Shown here: positions 1-12,694 of the stretch, piece by piece
Layout: each line of letters begins with the position of its first letter
Position numbering within the stretch: position 1 is the stretch's first letter
Assembly (NCBI RefSeq): GCF_000150275.1
Contig: NW_002060945.1
Span: forward strand, 7,631,684-7,695,683
Direction of reading: 5' to 3'
Length of the DNA stretch: 64,000 nt
Origin: Trichoplax adhaerens
Lineage: Eukaryota > Animalia > Placozoa
Made by a program: the position numbers and the translations under genes
The notes under the pieces: model-generated
Told to the model about the DNA's origin: nothing
Databases searched by the model: none
Seen by the model: only the letters and a program-made list of their open reading frames with translations

Positions 1-112
1 TCAAGTATTGTGTATGAGTAACAACTAAGAGAGTTTATTAAGATTTGAAGAATGCTTAACGCGATTAATATGAGCAGTGTAGTGATAATAACGATGAGAA
101 TATTCGACTTAC

Positions 113-3100
113 CATTGGAGAATAATTGTCTTCCAAGCTAGACAAGAAAATGAAGACAAGAATATAAAGTGTGAAATGACAATCAAGGGTTCAAAAATGA
201 ATATTTATAGAAAACGTGTTATTAATAAGTTAAGGGGATTGAACAGGGGAATACAGATTCTATTGTAGCTTTGATGGTGTAAATGTAATCAGCTATCGTT
301 CTACTGCAATATTGGATCAATCTATGCTCGTTTTTTATGCTAGCAGGTGGTAAAAAACACACAAGTAAACACGAGATCAAAATAGTTTACTAGTATTTCT
401 TTGCATTGAACATCGACTTAAAGGCATGATACAAATTTTTAACCACGTTGCCATCAAATTAACAATACTACAAAGCAAAACTGCGTTAAAGGATATGACA
501 AAATCGTCCGTATGCGGAAAGAATCATTTTGAAACATAGAATAATCACGGACAAGTATTTGAAATGATTTTTTTCAACTTCTTGCAATAAGACAACCCAA
601 CCCAGTGACGATCAAATCGATCTTTTTTTACTCTTCATTAATCGTATCCAAAAAATGTCGAATGAATTCATCATGTGGTTCATTCGTTGCGATATAATTC
701 TTATAGCTACAGCCATCCATTATTGAATGCCTTACGTTCTTCCTTGACCATCTTGTACTCATCAAGCGAAAATTACCTTTATAGCTGATCAAGAATTGCA
801 ATCGATTGAATCATGATAACTGCGTTGTTACCCATTTTCTCCAGTGAAAAATTGCGGTTAAGTTAATTCAAGAAGTCAGTGGGGAATCTTTGAGGGTATT
901 GTGCATACATTAGGTTATAAACTGTACAATATCAAGGTGCTAATGCAGTCCATAATGACATCTAATTATACAAGTTGAAAGTTTTGTTTACACTTTTTGA
1001 TTAATTAATTCATTATTGCCATGGACGTACCATCGATAAAATTGATCATTTTCCATCAGTCCGTATAAACTTTTTATGACGGAATCACGATTTGGTCATA
1101 GGATTACTAGTTGTCTTTTAAGTACATTTTCACTGTTGTGTTACCTACACAGCTTGTGTGCTAGTCCATATTGGCTAGTCATGATGCGATAGTTTTGACA
1201 AGTATTCAATGAGATGCAATGACTGATTTTCAAATCTACTCATTCTGATATTAGACGACTGCAATCTCCGCCAATCATTTTGTAGCCTTGTCATATTAGA
1301 TCTATTGAAACTCTCATCAATGGCGATGATGCTTCCTTGTAGGTTTTACGACTGTCTTGCTACAAAGGCTGATCACTGCTAGCGGTATAAATTCAACAAT
1401 ATTGTGTGACTTTCAAATGGATTAACATTGATTCTATTACAGCAAAAGTCCATCTAGTCGTATAATGTTGGTGCACTCTCTCCTAGTCATCTTCAATTAG
1501 GCATCTTTAAAATACTCATTCCCTATTCCCCAAAATTACGATCTTTCCTCATGTCATGCATGGATTGATACAAACACACTATATTGACTATAGCGTCATC
1601 AATTTAATATGCTAACTACTGTAGTTTACGACCAGCATTGGAAATGGCATGATTACTGACTTTCCATTTACTCATTCTAGTGGAAATGCATCTATCAACG
1701 ATCTATTAGTGCATTAGAATCTCGACTTTCTGACGACAAATTCGTTCCATCCTAGCTTGACGCATACTAGTATGATGGCTTACAGCATACTACTTTGGTC
1801 TTAACAGAGATTCTAACTAATGTAATATACTGCATGCATTGAAAATGGAATATTATCGCTGACTTTATATTCACCAATTCTAGTGCAAATTCATCTGGTG
1901 ATGAGTTAACTATTAGGGCATTCTATTCTCGACTTCATTAGTTTATTATAACAATTGCTTATGCTAACTATATCATGGATTTGTACGTACTATGCCATCC
2001 ACTATAGTCTACTGCATTTATACGAAATAGGATAATTACCATATTACTAACTTTCCATGTACGCATTCTAGTGCAAACTCAATCCGTCCATGATTATATT
2101 ATTGTATTTGAAATCTCGATTTCATTGCGACAATTCCATATATTATAGATTTACGCGTAGCAGTCAGTTTCTTGAGTAATAGCATCCTATGTTTTGTACT
2201 CAAGCTTACTTTGCAGAAATACCACCAACAGTGGTAGATGTATAATTACTGTACTACTGACTTTCCATGTACGCATTCTAGTGCAAACTCAATCTATCCA
2301 TGATTATATTAGAGTATTAGAATTCACGATTTCATTACGACAATTCCATATGTTATAGATTTACGTAGCAGTATCTTGACTAATAGCATCCTATGTTTCA
2401 TAGTCAAGCTTTGCAGAAATACCACCAACAGTGGTAGATATATAATTACTGTACTACTGACTTTCCACGTACGCATTCTAGTGCAAACCCAATCTATCCA
2501 TGATTATATTAAGAGTATTAGAAATCTCGATTTCATTGCGACAATTCCAAATATTATAAATTTACGCGTAGTAGGCAGTATCTTGAGTAATAGCGTCCTA
2601 TGTTTTATAGTCAAGCTTACTTTGCAGAAATACCACCAACAGTAGTAGATGTATAATTAGTGTACTACTGACTTTCCATGTACGCATTGTAGTGCAAACC
2701 CAATCTAGCCATGATTATATTAGAGTATTAGAATTCTCGATTTCATTGCGACAATTCCATATATTATAAATTTACGCGTAGCAGTCAGTATCTTGAGTAA
2801 TAACATCCTATGTTTCATAGTCAAGCTTACTTTGCAGAAATACCACCAACAGTAGTAAAATACATGTATTGGAAATAGGATATCATGGATGATTTTCCAA
2901 TTTATCCATTCTAGTGCAAATCCATCCATAAAATGATCTGTCAGTAAGTTGGAATCTCGATTTGATACTGACTATCCTACGTTGAGCAATCTGTCTTACT
3001 TCACGAAAATGCAAACTACTGTAGTATACTTATAAACCTGTTATTTACTGCTTGTTTTCGAAATCGGATATTATTGCTGATTTCCATTTCACTTCTTCCA

Positions 3101-4590
3101 GAGTAGAGCAAATACTTCTATTACTGCGTAGTAGTGCATTAGAATCGCCACTTGAATTAAAGCCATTTGCAATTGAGGCAGATTAGAAATTCTATCAGAC
3201 TTACAAGACCATTGAAATTATCGCCATGTTGATCCTTCTAGCTGACGTACTCTACATTGCACTTGACTCTTTGAATAAGCCAACAGTTGGCTGCACAACA
3301 CGGTCACTTTAATGTCAATCCACGAATCAAGATGGCCGTCTAACATCATTTAAGTTGGAATAAAGCCTTTGCTCATACAAGCAATGACAATAGTGCAATA
3401 AAACGTTTAAAGTTGAGGGAAAATAAGTTGGCAACAAGCCTGCTATCGTATTCAGGAGTATACTTGTACTCTAAGCTGTTGCTAGCTATCAATCGTTAAA
3501 TCAATAGTTTTACTCTGGTGTAGGAGAGACCTTATGGATCACTACATTCCTCTCAGTGTTGCATCGTAGAGTTCAAGAATTGAATTTTGCAAGGATATTC
3601 CCGCTCAAAAGCGATATTCAATCATGTAGTTGGCTTTCTGATTCCGCTACTAATGCATCATCTCCGGATGCGTTTTTATTGACTTACTACTCGTAGTAAA
3701 CAGTTGGATGTCCAATCTACAGTACATCTCTTGCTATAGATCGGTCGGATATTACCGTTGATCTCAGATCAGTTTCAATTAGGAATCGTGTGTTTCAATT
3801 CATCGTTGCTATTGTCAAATTTTCACTAATGTAGAGTAGACAAAAGTGTTGTTTTACTAACGCACACCTTCGAGTAAGTAAATAAGATACTTCTAGCAAA
3901 CCCCATGACGTGTCAAGGCGCAAGAATAGAAAGTAACTTGTTAGCAACTGGACTAGGACTACTGTAGTATCGGTGTTTGCAAGGAGTAGAAGACACTGTG
4001 CAAGGGTAAAGTAAACGGAGTAAGAACTAGCCTTCTCCATGCATCTCCTGGACCCATTTTCATCAACGTCTAGAGCCAATCACTTTTTAAAACATCAACT
4101 CTTCACGTTTACCCAGACAGCAGCACCACTACTATATACTGTGATGCATATAGCATCGATCAGTCTAGACAAGATGAACGATGTCTTCCTTAAAAGATTG
4201 GAACTAATCCGATAACGATATTGAACGAGGAAATTGTCCTACAATTGACCTACCCAAGCACTTTCATCTTCTTCACCTACCCAGCGGATGCTATATACAA
4301 TATGGACTAACGACTGCTATTCTTTTCTTTTTTTTTTTACTACATTGTACTATCTCTTGTCATACAAGTTATGAATTCTTTTTTTGGACCAAAGGACTGT
4401 TCAATAATCATTTCCTCATCTGAAGCTAGAATAACAACATGCTACTGTAGTCGTACCTGGATCGTCGGCGCTTGCAAGACGAAGTGTTCTTAATGTTCCT
4501 TGTTTGCTGTCGATTTTCGTTTAAGGTAGCTAGGGTTTTTTGTGGATGTTGAGATGTACCTTTACTTTGTGGCTTATTCAAATAATCCAT
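113..4590 (-). CDS. Putative 5' part of an unidentified multi-exon gene running off the left edge
   Basis: Phase-compatible candidate exons on the - strand: 4590-4457 (ATG...TCCAG|gtacga, phase 2), 784-736 (ttcttgatcag|...AAC|gtaagg; only the phase-2 frame is open) and 137-113 (ttttcttgtctag|...|gtaagt). The peptide MDYLNKPQSKG...KRRRSSYKGNFRLMSTRWSRKNLGRQLFSN is not recognised, and exon linkage is unproven. Confidence 0.3.
1655..3150. repeat. Tandem array, ~200-210 bp unit, about 7 copies
   Basis: Anchor ctttcca(t/c)gtacgcatt(c/g)tagtgcaaa at 2051, 2261, 2461 and 2672 (near-identical copies), with degenerate copies near 1660, 1860, 2895 and 3080. Confidence 0.9.
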
Positions 4591-4894
4591 AATAATGATA
4601 ATGGTGTAGCAGATCCAACTAATATATAACGGAGGAAAATGGTGTTGGAAAGGATCCCAACACAGGTTGACCAAGTTTCTCTAGAATAGGGATTCTGTAG
4701 CGCCTAGAGGCTTGTGCATCGCGCATGCTCGATGGTCACTTCAATACAACTGGTCAATGAAGTATTACTATGACAACATTGTCGCATTGGGTTTGCCTTT
4801 TATCCATCAAGTTATGCCTTCAAGGTATAGCCAAAGGTTAATAGCTCGAATTTAACGGATTAATAGGAGCTCTAATGGTGTAGAAGAATGGATA

Positions 4895-5995
4895 CGATAG
4901 CAGAGTAGCCATAATTTTGGATCGATTTGCTTGAGATCATACGGTATTGCGTAGGAGTGGAGAGTAATGATAAAGAAAAGGATCGCTTTATTTGCCTGAA
5001 ATTGCATGCTAAACTGGTAGTGCAGCGATTATCATTGGGTCTATTTACTTGAGATAGTACAATAGGAATGCTCAACTGATGTAGAATAATTGATAATACT
5101 GCAGAAGAGTGATAGCCACTTGATCAATTTACTTAAAATCATGCAATACGATTCAAGAGCAAAGATAGAGATTAAAATGAGCTCCATTGATGTACACTGC
5201 ACAGTAGGCTAGTCGATTATGCAAAGTAGCAATGGAGACTAATTGATGATGCAGAGTAGCAATAATCACTAGGTCATTTTGCTTGAAATTGCACTATACT
5301 TTCTAAGATTTTAAAAGATAAAGATTAAAATGAGTTCCATTGATTTAGACCGTGCATGAGCCTTACTACCTCTATGATGTGAAACGAATTGACTATACAG
5401 AGCTGCAATAACTACTAGGTCAATTTACTTGTAATCACACGATATTATCAAAGAGTATAAAAGATAGAGCAGTAAATAAACTCTATTTATGTGAATCATA
5501 TTACTTCGATGATGTAGATTCGTTGATTAAGATTGCAGAGTAACAATAACTACTTGGTGAATTTGTATGCAATCATACGATATTATACGAGAGTAAAGAT
5601 AGAGATGAGTTCCATTTTATGTTGACTATACTGTACATCAATCTTATTACCTCTCTAATGCGGATTAATCGATTGTCCAGAGTAGCAATAACTACTAGGT
5701 TAGTTTACTTAAAATTATATGATATTATGCAAGAGTAGTGACAGAGATGAGTTCCATTCTATATAGATCATATATGGATCTTATTACCTATCCGATGTAA
5801 ACTAATTGATTATCTGGAGTAGCAATAACTACTGGGTCAATTTCCTTGAAATCATGCGATATTATCCAAGATAAAGATAGAAATTAATTTGAGCTCCATT
5901 TATCAGACGTAGATTGGTTAATCGACGTTTTAGAGTTGCGATAACTACTTTCTCAATTTGTTTTGAAATCACACAATATCGTCCTAGAGTGTAAG
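4895..5995. repeat. Degenerate tandem array, ~115-150 bp unit, about 8 copies
   Basis: Recurring gcagagtagcaataactactaggtcaatttacttgaaatca...aagatagag...tgagctccatt near 4900, 5100, 5250, 5397, 5535, 5677, 5815 and 5931. Confidence 0.8.
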
Positions 5996-8900
5996 ATGTA
6001 GAAGGGTATCGATGACACCATAGCACGAAATCAATTTCTTAATTTCTTAATTAAGCTTCGGAAACCTGGACCAATCTCCAACTACTGCATTCACCTTTTC
6101 AACCCGAGAATTTTCCAACTCTGTTCAAAATATTGAATACGGCTTTTTTGTAAGATTTTAGAATTCTATTTATACTTCAGATGATTTCGTAATCAAATAT
6201 TTAGCTATAATACAGCCCTTTAGGTACGATATGTTTGGAGTTGAACAAAATGGTAACGTAAACATTGTGAAAAGGTTGAAATTTATGTAAATCCTACAAC
6301 TCGCTAATGATATTGAACAATACGAAGACGTCATTATTCAGAGCTTTAAATAATAGTAATATAAATGATATAACAGTAATATTGCGATCCAAGTATTTGA
6401 AAGTACTGTCTTAGGTGCAGTATCGTAATTTCAATATTGGAGGTACATTCAAAACATCCTACTAAGCATAGTAAAACTTAAATTAGAGTCGATAATATTT
6501 CCTGGGATACGAAAAGAAAGTGATTAATAATTTATAAATAATATTCTAAGAAAAGTAAAATTGAAATCGTTCTGCTAATATTATAGTAAAAAATTTCAAA
6601 TATCGTTCTGTCAATAAAATTAAAATTTGAAACTGTCCAACCGACAATATTGCAAAACCTCAACAATTCTAGTTTGATAATAAATACGTTATAGTATTTC
6701 GATACGAAATAAAGGAGTAAGCATTAGTTACGTTAGTTAGAGAACCTCTCTGAGCCTCGATTGCTAACACCAGATGCCAAGATCAGATATCGGATCTTGA
6801 TATACAATCCATTTTTTTGAAATTCATTAATTTGAATCATGGGATGATGTCAAGATATAAATGATCTATTGAAGGTTATTCACTATTTTGGTCCAATATT
6901 TTGCTATAATATATTATCGGATCAGTATTTTAGTAGTTAAATATAATCCATAATACATGTCACAACTTTGAAGGAAAGGTGGATCGGTAACTTGAAAATA
7001 TAACACATTAAAAGTAACAAACAGATGGTCTCATTTGAATCTACGGTATGGCAGCTATAACTATCACTATAGTATGAAAGTTGCAGTAGTGAAATTGAAA
7101 TAGATCTTAGAACTTAAAAATTGATTAAATGATATATGAGCCGTTTGTCACTTGACTACAACTTGTAAAGAGACATTAGCATTATTACATTCAAGTATAT
7201 ATAATATACAAAGTATGGATTAACATCGATATGCTGTAAGGAATTTATCTAATTTGAAATTATAATTGCGATTCATCAATTTTACAATATTTTTGGAATG
7301 CATTGAAACTTTCATCTGTGCAATGAACAACTAATTATGAACTCCATTTGAACTAACAGTCGTTACATTACAAGCCTTTACAGAATTAAGAGTCATATCC
7401 TATTGCAAGTACCATTCACAGCGCAAACGAATGCCTTTAAAACTTTTATGGTACCAATATGTTGCAATAAAATCATATATAGAAGCAATATTTTACTAAG
7501 CGAGCAAGCAAGTTTACCATAGGCTCTATAATGTAAGGCTACAACGAGACGCGTGTGTCCAGGTCTCTTTAGTAGTCCATGCCACTATATATCTTACTAC
7601 CTGGTGCAAATATAGAACTACAACATTGTTTTTTATTTACAAGTGCGACACCGTTGCTAAAGCTGTTGTTAATATTCATGGGATTCAGTCACTTATCTTT
7701 ATTTTATCCAATTAGTTGTATTAGTTACATAATTTATAATTAATCATCCATAGTAAGCTAACTAGCGCTCAGCTACCAGCTAGTATACCAGCATTTGTAG
7801 TGATGATTACATAACTACCAATCTTTCCGCTTCGCTTATTAAAAAGCAATCAGTGGAGATGGATAATAAGACGGTGCATGTTTTATAGTGTTAGTAAAAG
7901 GTATCTACCAGATATAGTTGTCCAGGGCAGTAATGAGAGTGATTCAAGGGCAAATTTTGTCCAATACTGAATCTCCTGCTACAATTATAGCATCTGTAGA
8001 AGTTACTATTATTAAATTACAACCCATAATCTATTTCAATCACAGAGGGAGCTCAGGATGCTTTTTTATCCATGAATTATTGATCATAACTCAGTCTAGG
8101 AAGGCAGCAACCTCATTCAGTTATATAATTCAAATTGAAAGGAGTCAAAGGCCGATATTAGCGACGGCATAGTTACAAGTCATTAGCTGGAATAGCAATC
8201 CAAGCAGAAAGATTAATAAATGTACTTTAGATCTCATAGATTATGAAAATAATTAATAATGTTATCTATTGACACAAAGACTTAGAAATAGAGTTCAATT
8301 TATCACGTGTAAGCAAGACAAGGCAAAGATTGGTGAAATTTAATCACAGGTGCAAGGTCAACAATGGGCCTGTCATGATGTCAAGTTGTTTATTATTCAT
8401 CATCGAAATGAAAAGTACAGAGAAACAAATGAACCCACGGACGTGCCTATTTGGTGCACATTTTGTCATCTATATAAATAAAAGCGATAATAACAATACT
8501 TCCTTGTTCCATAATTGTATGGTGGAACTATGAAAGTGTAGTAGAAACGAGGTGGCGAATTACATTTGTGAAATATTGCAATTTACCCTTAACGCTTATT
8601 CCATCTTGGTGTCGAAAAGTATCGATAATAAGTTTAATTCGCCACGAACAAATCTTGGGAAACTTCTCCATATCTAAGACAGTAAGTGATCTATATCATT
8701 ACTCGATTGAAAAACTCTTTCATGTGTATGTGTTACAAACTAAATTTGTTCATCATTTTAAAATTTTTGATATCCGTCTAATATTGATTGAGTCTTAACT
8801 GAACCCACAAAATTGTTTTTGCATGGTAAATAATATCAGGTCTTAAATTTATTAATGATTTTCTTGCCGGCCATTCTAATTCTATACCTAGCAACTTACG

Positions 8901-9479
8901 TCGTCAAAGAGTTAATTGTATCGCTATTAACTATTTCACTAATTTAACCTGGGTACCCGTATGGGGTATTCGTCTAATTGTTGACCAATATCTAATGTTA
9001 ATAGTTGAATATCTCATTTCGTCATTATACCCCATTATGATCCATCCAATCTTGTGTTAAAGCAACCCAAATATTTTTTGTTAGAAAACAATTTTGCTTA
9101 TTCCCTAGGGTCATTTTATTTTCTTCTATTTTGCATACTGACCCAGTGTAAATTGATGCAAGGATGATCTTTGCAATCATAACAAATGATCTTGATCTTA
9201 AAGCTAGTAAGTCTAAGGGCAACATATGGAGTAACAATGAGTCTGAATCTTGTAGTGTAGCAATTTTAATGGTTCGGAAAGAGAATTCGCCTTTCGTTAA
9301 ATTATTATATTAATCTTGGAAAAATGGCTATATAATATAATTTATAACATATACATATTAACATGAAGAGTGATATTAAATGTATCGTAATAGCTTAAAT
9401 AGAGAGTAACAATTAATTTCAACTTTGTTACATAATAATCTTGATGATTCGATATTGTTATTTTACTTTAATTAAGTTT

Positions 9480-10945
9480 ACTACATAGAAATAGCCGAAT
9501 TCCAATGATATTATTCAAAGGAACGCTATTAGCGTTAGTAAAGCCAAGAATGATCGTATTGCTGATGAGTAGCAACTAGTATTAATTTAACATTGATGAT
9601 TTGATAGAAGTATCTTGTTTTTTTTATCTATTTTAATAAATTAACTGGCTAAAAGCGAATCCCTATACAGATGTCGGCCAAGGAAGCGCTATGAGAGTTT
9701 GTAAAGCTAACAAGGAAGATTGTATTGACTGGCAAGTACATCGATCAGATTTAGCCCAGACGATTCATTGCAATTATCCTACCTTTATTAATTTCACTAC
9801 ATTAACTGGCTAAAAGCGAACTCCTATATACTGTAGGCATTAACATAATAAGCATTATTAGAGTAAATCAAGCCAAGAATGATTGTATAAAGTAGTAGCA
9901 ACTAGATCCAAATTTTATTACAAGATAATATTTCTACTTGACATAACTGTTCTTAATTAATTTTACTCCTATACATTAACTCGTTGAAAAGATGCTTTAC
10001 AGATATAAGCAAAGGAAATGTCGTTCGAATTACCATGGTCAAGAAAGAGCGGGTTGAGTAGCAATTAGATCTAGCTCTTGTTCCGTAATAATATTGCTTG
10101 ATGACTTTTGATAATTATATTATTATTATTCTAAACCGCATCATTTGGCTGAAAGTTGCTGTATAGATATGGGCAAAGGAGATTTTACTAGAGTTAGCAA
10201 AGTTAAGAATAATCATATTAAGTGGAAACTAGTTCTATGATTAGTAATCTTAGTGATTAGTTATAACCAATTATCTCTTGCTTATTTTAAATTGTAATTA
10301 GCTAAAAGCTACTGAATCGAGCAAAGAAGACTTGTTTAGAGTAGCAATGTCAAGAATGATGATATTGAGTAATAAACAGAATCCATATTTAGTTATATGA
10401 TAATCTTAATGATTATAATTCATAATCATTCTGGTATTATTAATTTTGGACTGCATTAACTGCTCAAAGCTATAGTATAAGTGTAAGCATAGGGGACTTT
10501 ACCAGAGCTACTAAAGCCAAGAATGATCGTATAAAGTAGCAACCAAATCCAAATCTTATTCTACAATAATCTTCATGATTTACCTTATCATTTTACTCTT
10601 ATTAATTTTGGATTACATTAATTGGCTCAGAATTACAGTACACATACGAGCAAAGGAGACCGTAATTGACTAGCAGCTAGAGCCATATCTTATTTCTATA
10701 ATAATCTTAATAATTTGTCGTAATCACTTTAATCATGATTCATTTTGAATCACACTAGCTGTCCAAAAGCTATGTTATAGATAGGAGCAAAAGAAGCGAT
10801 ATTAGTTATCCAAGTAGAGCCTAATCTTGTTCTAAATAATCTTAATAATTTGAGATAATCATTTTCATGATGACTCATTTTGAATTACACGAACAGGCTA
10901 AAAGCTACATTATAGGTAGGAGCTAAAGAAACAATATTAGCTATT
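9480..10945. repeat. Degenerate tandem array, ~130-180 bp unit, about 9 copies
   Basis: Recurring attaactggctaaaagc...agcaaaggaa...aagccaagaatgatcgtat...agtagcaactagatcc. Confidence 0.75.
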
Positions 10946-12694
10946 GTGTATTATTAATCATAGACCGACACATTATATAACTTGGCTTCTCTACTTCGTT
11001 TGATCGTATCCATTTAAGAATTGTAATTAACCTTTAGTCTAAATAAATAGTGTACAAGCTGTACTATGTCATTTCAATAACAAGTTAGACAAGTGGACTC
11101 TAGGACCATTCTTATCTTAATCATCAAGGAACATGTGCACAACTTTAGTTCAACAATCACGTTAAAAATAGAAGGAAATAATGCTCCATTAGGGCTACTT
11201 GAATCCTCTTCTGATTTAATCGTATAAAATTCCATGCATTTTATACCTAAACTTGTCCACTATCGTCTCATTCTATTTGAAATTAAGGCCTTTTTCTTAA
11301 CATAACCAGCTTGACACTATACCATTACTTGAGAATATTATTCAGTCGTAAGTATTTATTTGTACATATTTTCATTCGGGTCAATTCGTTGTTTGAAAAG
11401 TAAGAGTTATTTTTTTGATTTGGTAATTGAATATTGATTGTCAGGGTTAATTTGATATAAAATGGACAATTCTAAACTGAGAAAATCTATCCTCCATGAT
11501 CGACGATGATAGCCCTTTTCCTTATTGATCATTGCGCAAATGATACAAAGATAACCGCGATAGTCATGCTATAAAGACTTTTTATTTGAATTGATGACAT
11601 CTTATTAAGTTCAATAAAATTTCTATTCTACTTTATTCGTAGACTGACTGATTATAACCAGTATAAAGGATGGATGATAATAAGCAATATTAAGCTAAAG
11701 AATTTTTTAATAATCAAGGACAAGAAAAGAGTTCCCAAGATTGCATGTTATCTTCTTATTGTTATGATTTCCCTTCAGGCTAAATAAATTCATTTATTCT
11801 CCTATTCGAAATGGTAATTATCTTCAGCTGCACTCGAATATCTCTGTTCAAATAAATGATATCCCAATGTGAAATTTTTTCCATCATGTATGTCTTCCAT
11901 AATATCGATTTCTGCTGTAGGATAGAGGGGGAAGGCAGTAATCGTAGACTAGTGAGTGATACGTGAAGTTGAAGAAATGTCACGAGGATCACGATTCAAA
12001 ATCAGAGGGGGAAAAAATAGACGGTATGTAATTAAATTAAACTTGTTACCTTATTCTATTCAACTTATACACTTGAAATAGTTCAATTCTCCCAACATGA
12101 GCTCATAAAAGTATTTGTCGACATAGACCTATATCATATTGCCCGCAAGCAGGGAAATAATAAGTGGAGCGAACTATTCTATCAAAATAGCAAGACAATT
12201 TTTAATTTTTCGCCTTTGCTAGTGCTCCCTAAGCTCACCATTTTTCTTCATCGAGATGAGACATTCAATAAAATGGCCATTTTTAATCTATCTATTGGCT
12301 TAATTCAATACTATACAGTCTACAAGAAACTTTTTGTCATGCAATTCAATTAGAAGTTGCAAAATCTTTTGTCATTTTAGTTTGAGCTATTCTTTCTTTC
12401 AGCAATTGACAATTATTCAATTTGATGTTTTTCCAGTCAGTTAATAGATGACAGTCGAGTAAAAGTTGATTTTCTTTGCTTGGATGATCTATTGAAGGCG
12501 TAATCATACTTGCTGTGACTTGGAATAAATAGAATAATTCTGTCTAGTCGTCTACGTTATCAATTAGAATCATATTACTAATACAATTACTCTTCTTGCT
12601 ATGAATATAATAATTGATTTTTATTGATTTTGATTTATTTCATCCACAGCATTAGCCTCTTCACATTCAAAGTCATTTATTACTTTACTTGACC

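Noticed and set aside
2376-2929. ORF-track entries inside repeats (also 54618-54870, 61309-61557, 61562-62038)
   Set aside because: They are translations of tandem or CAGTA repeats (YSTV/LYCTV patterns), mostly with non-ATG starts and no protein-like features.
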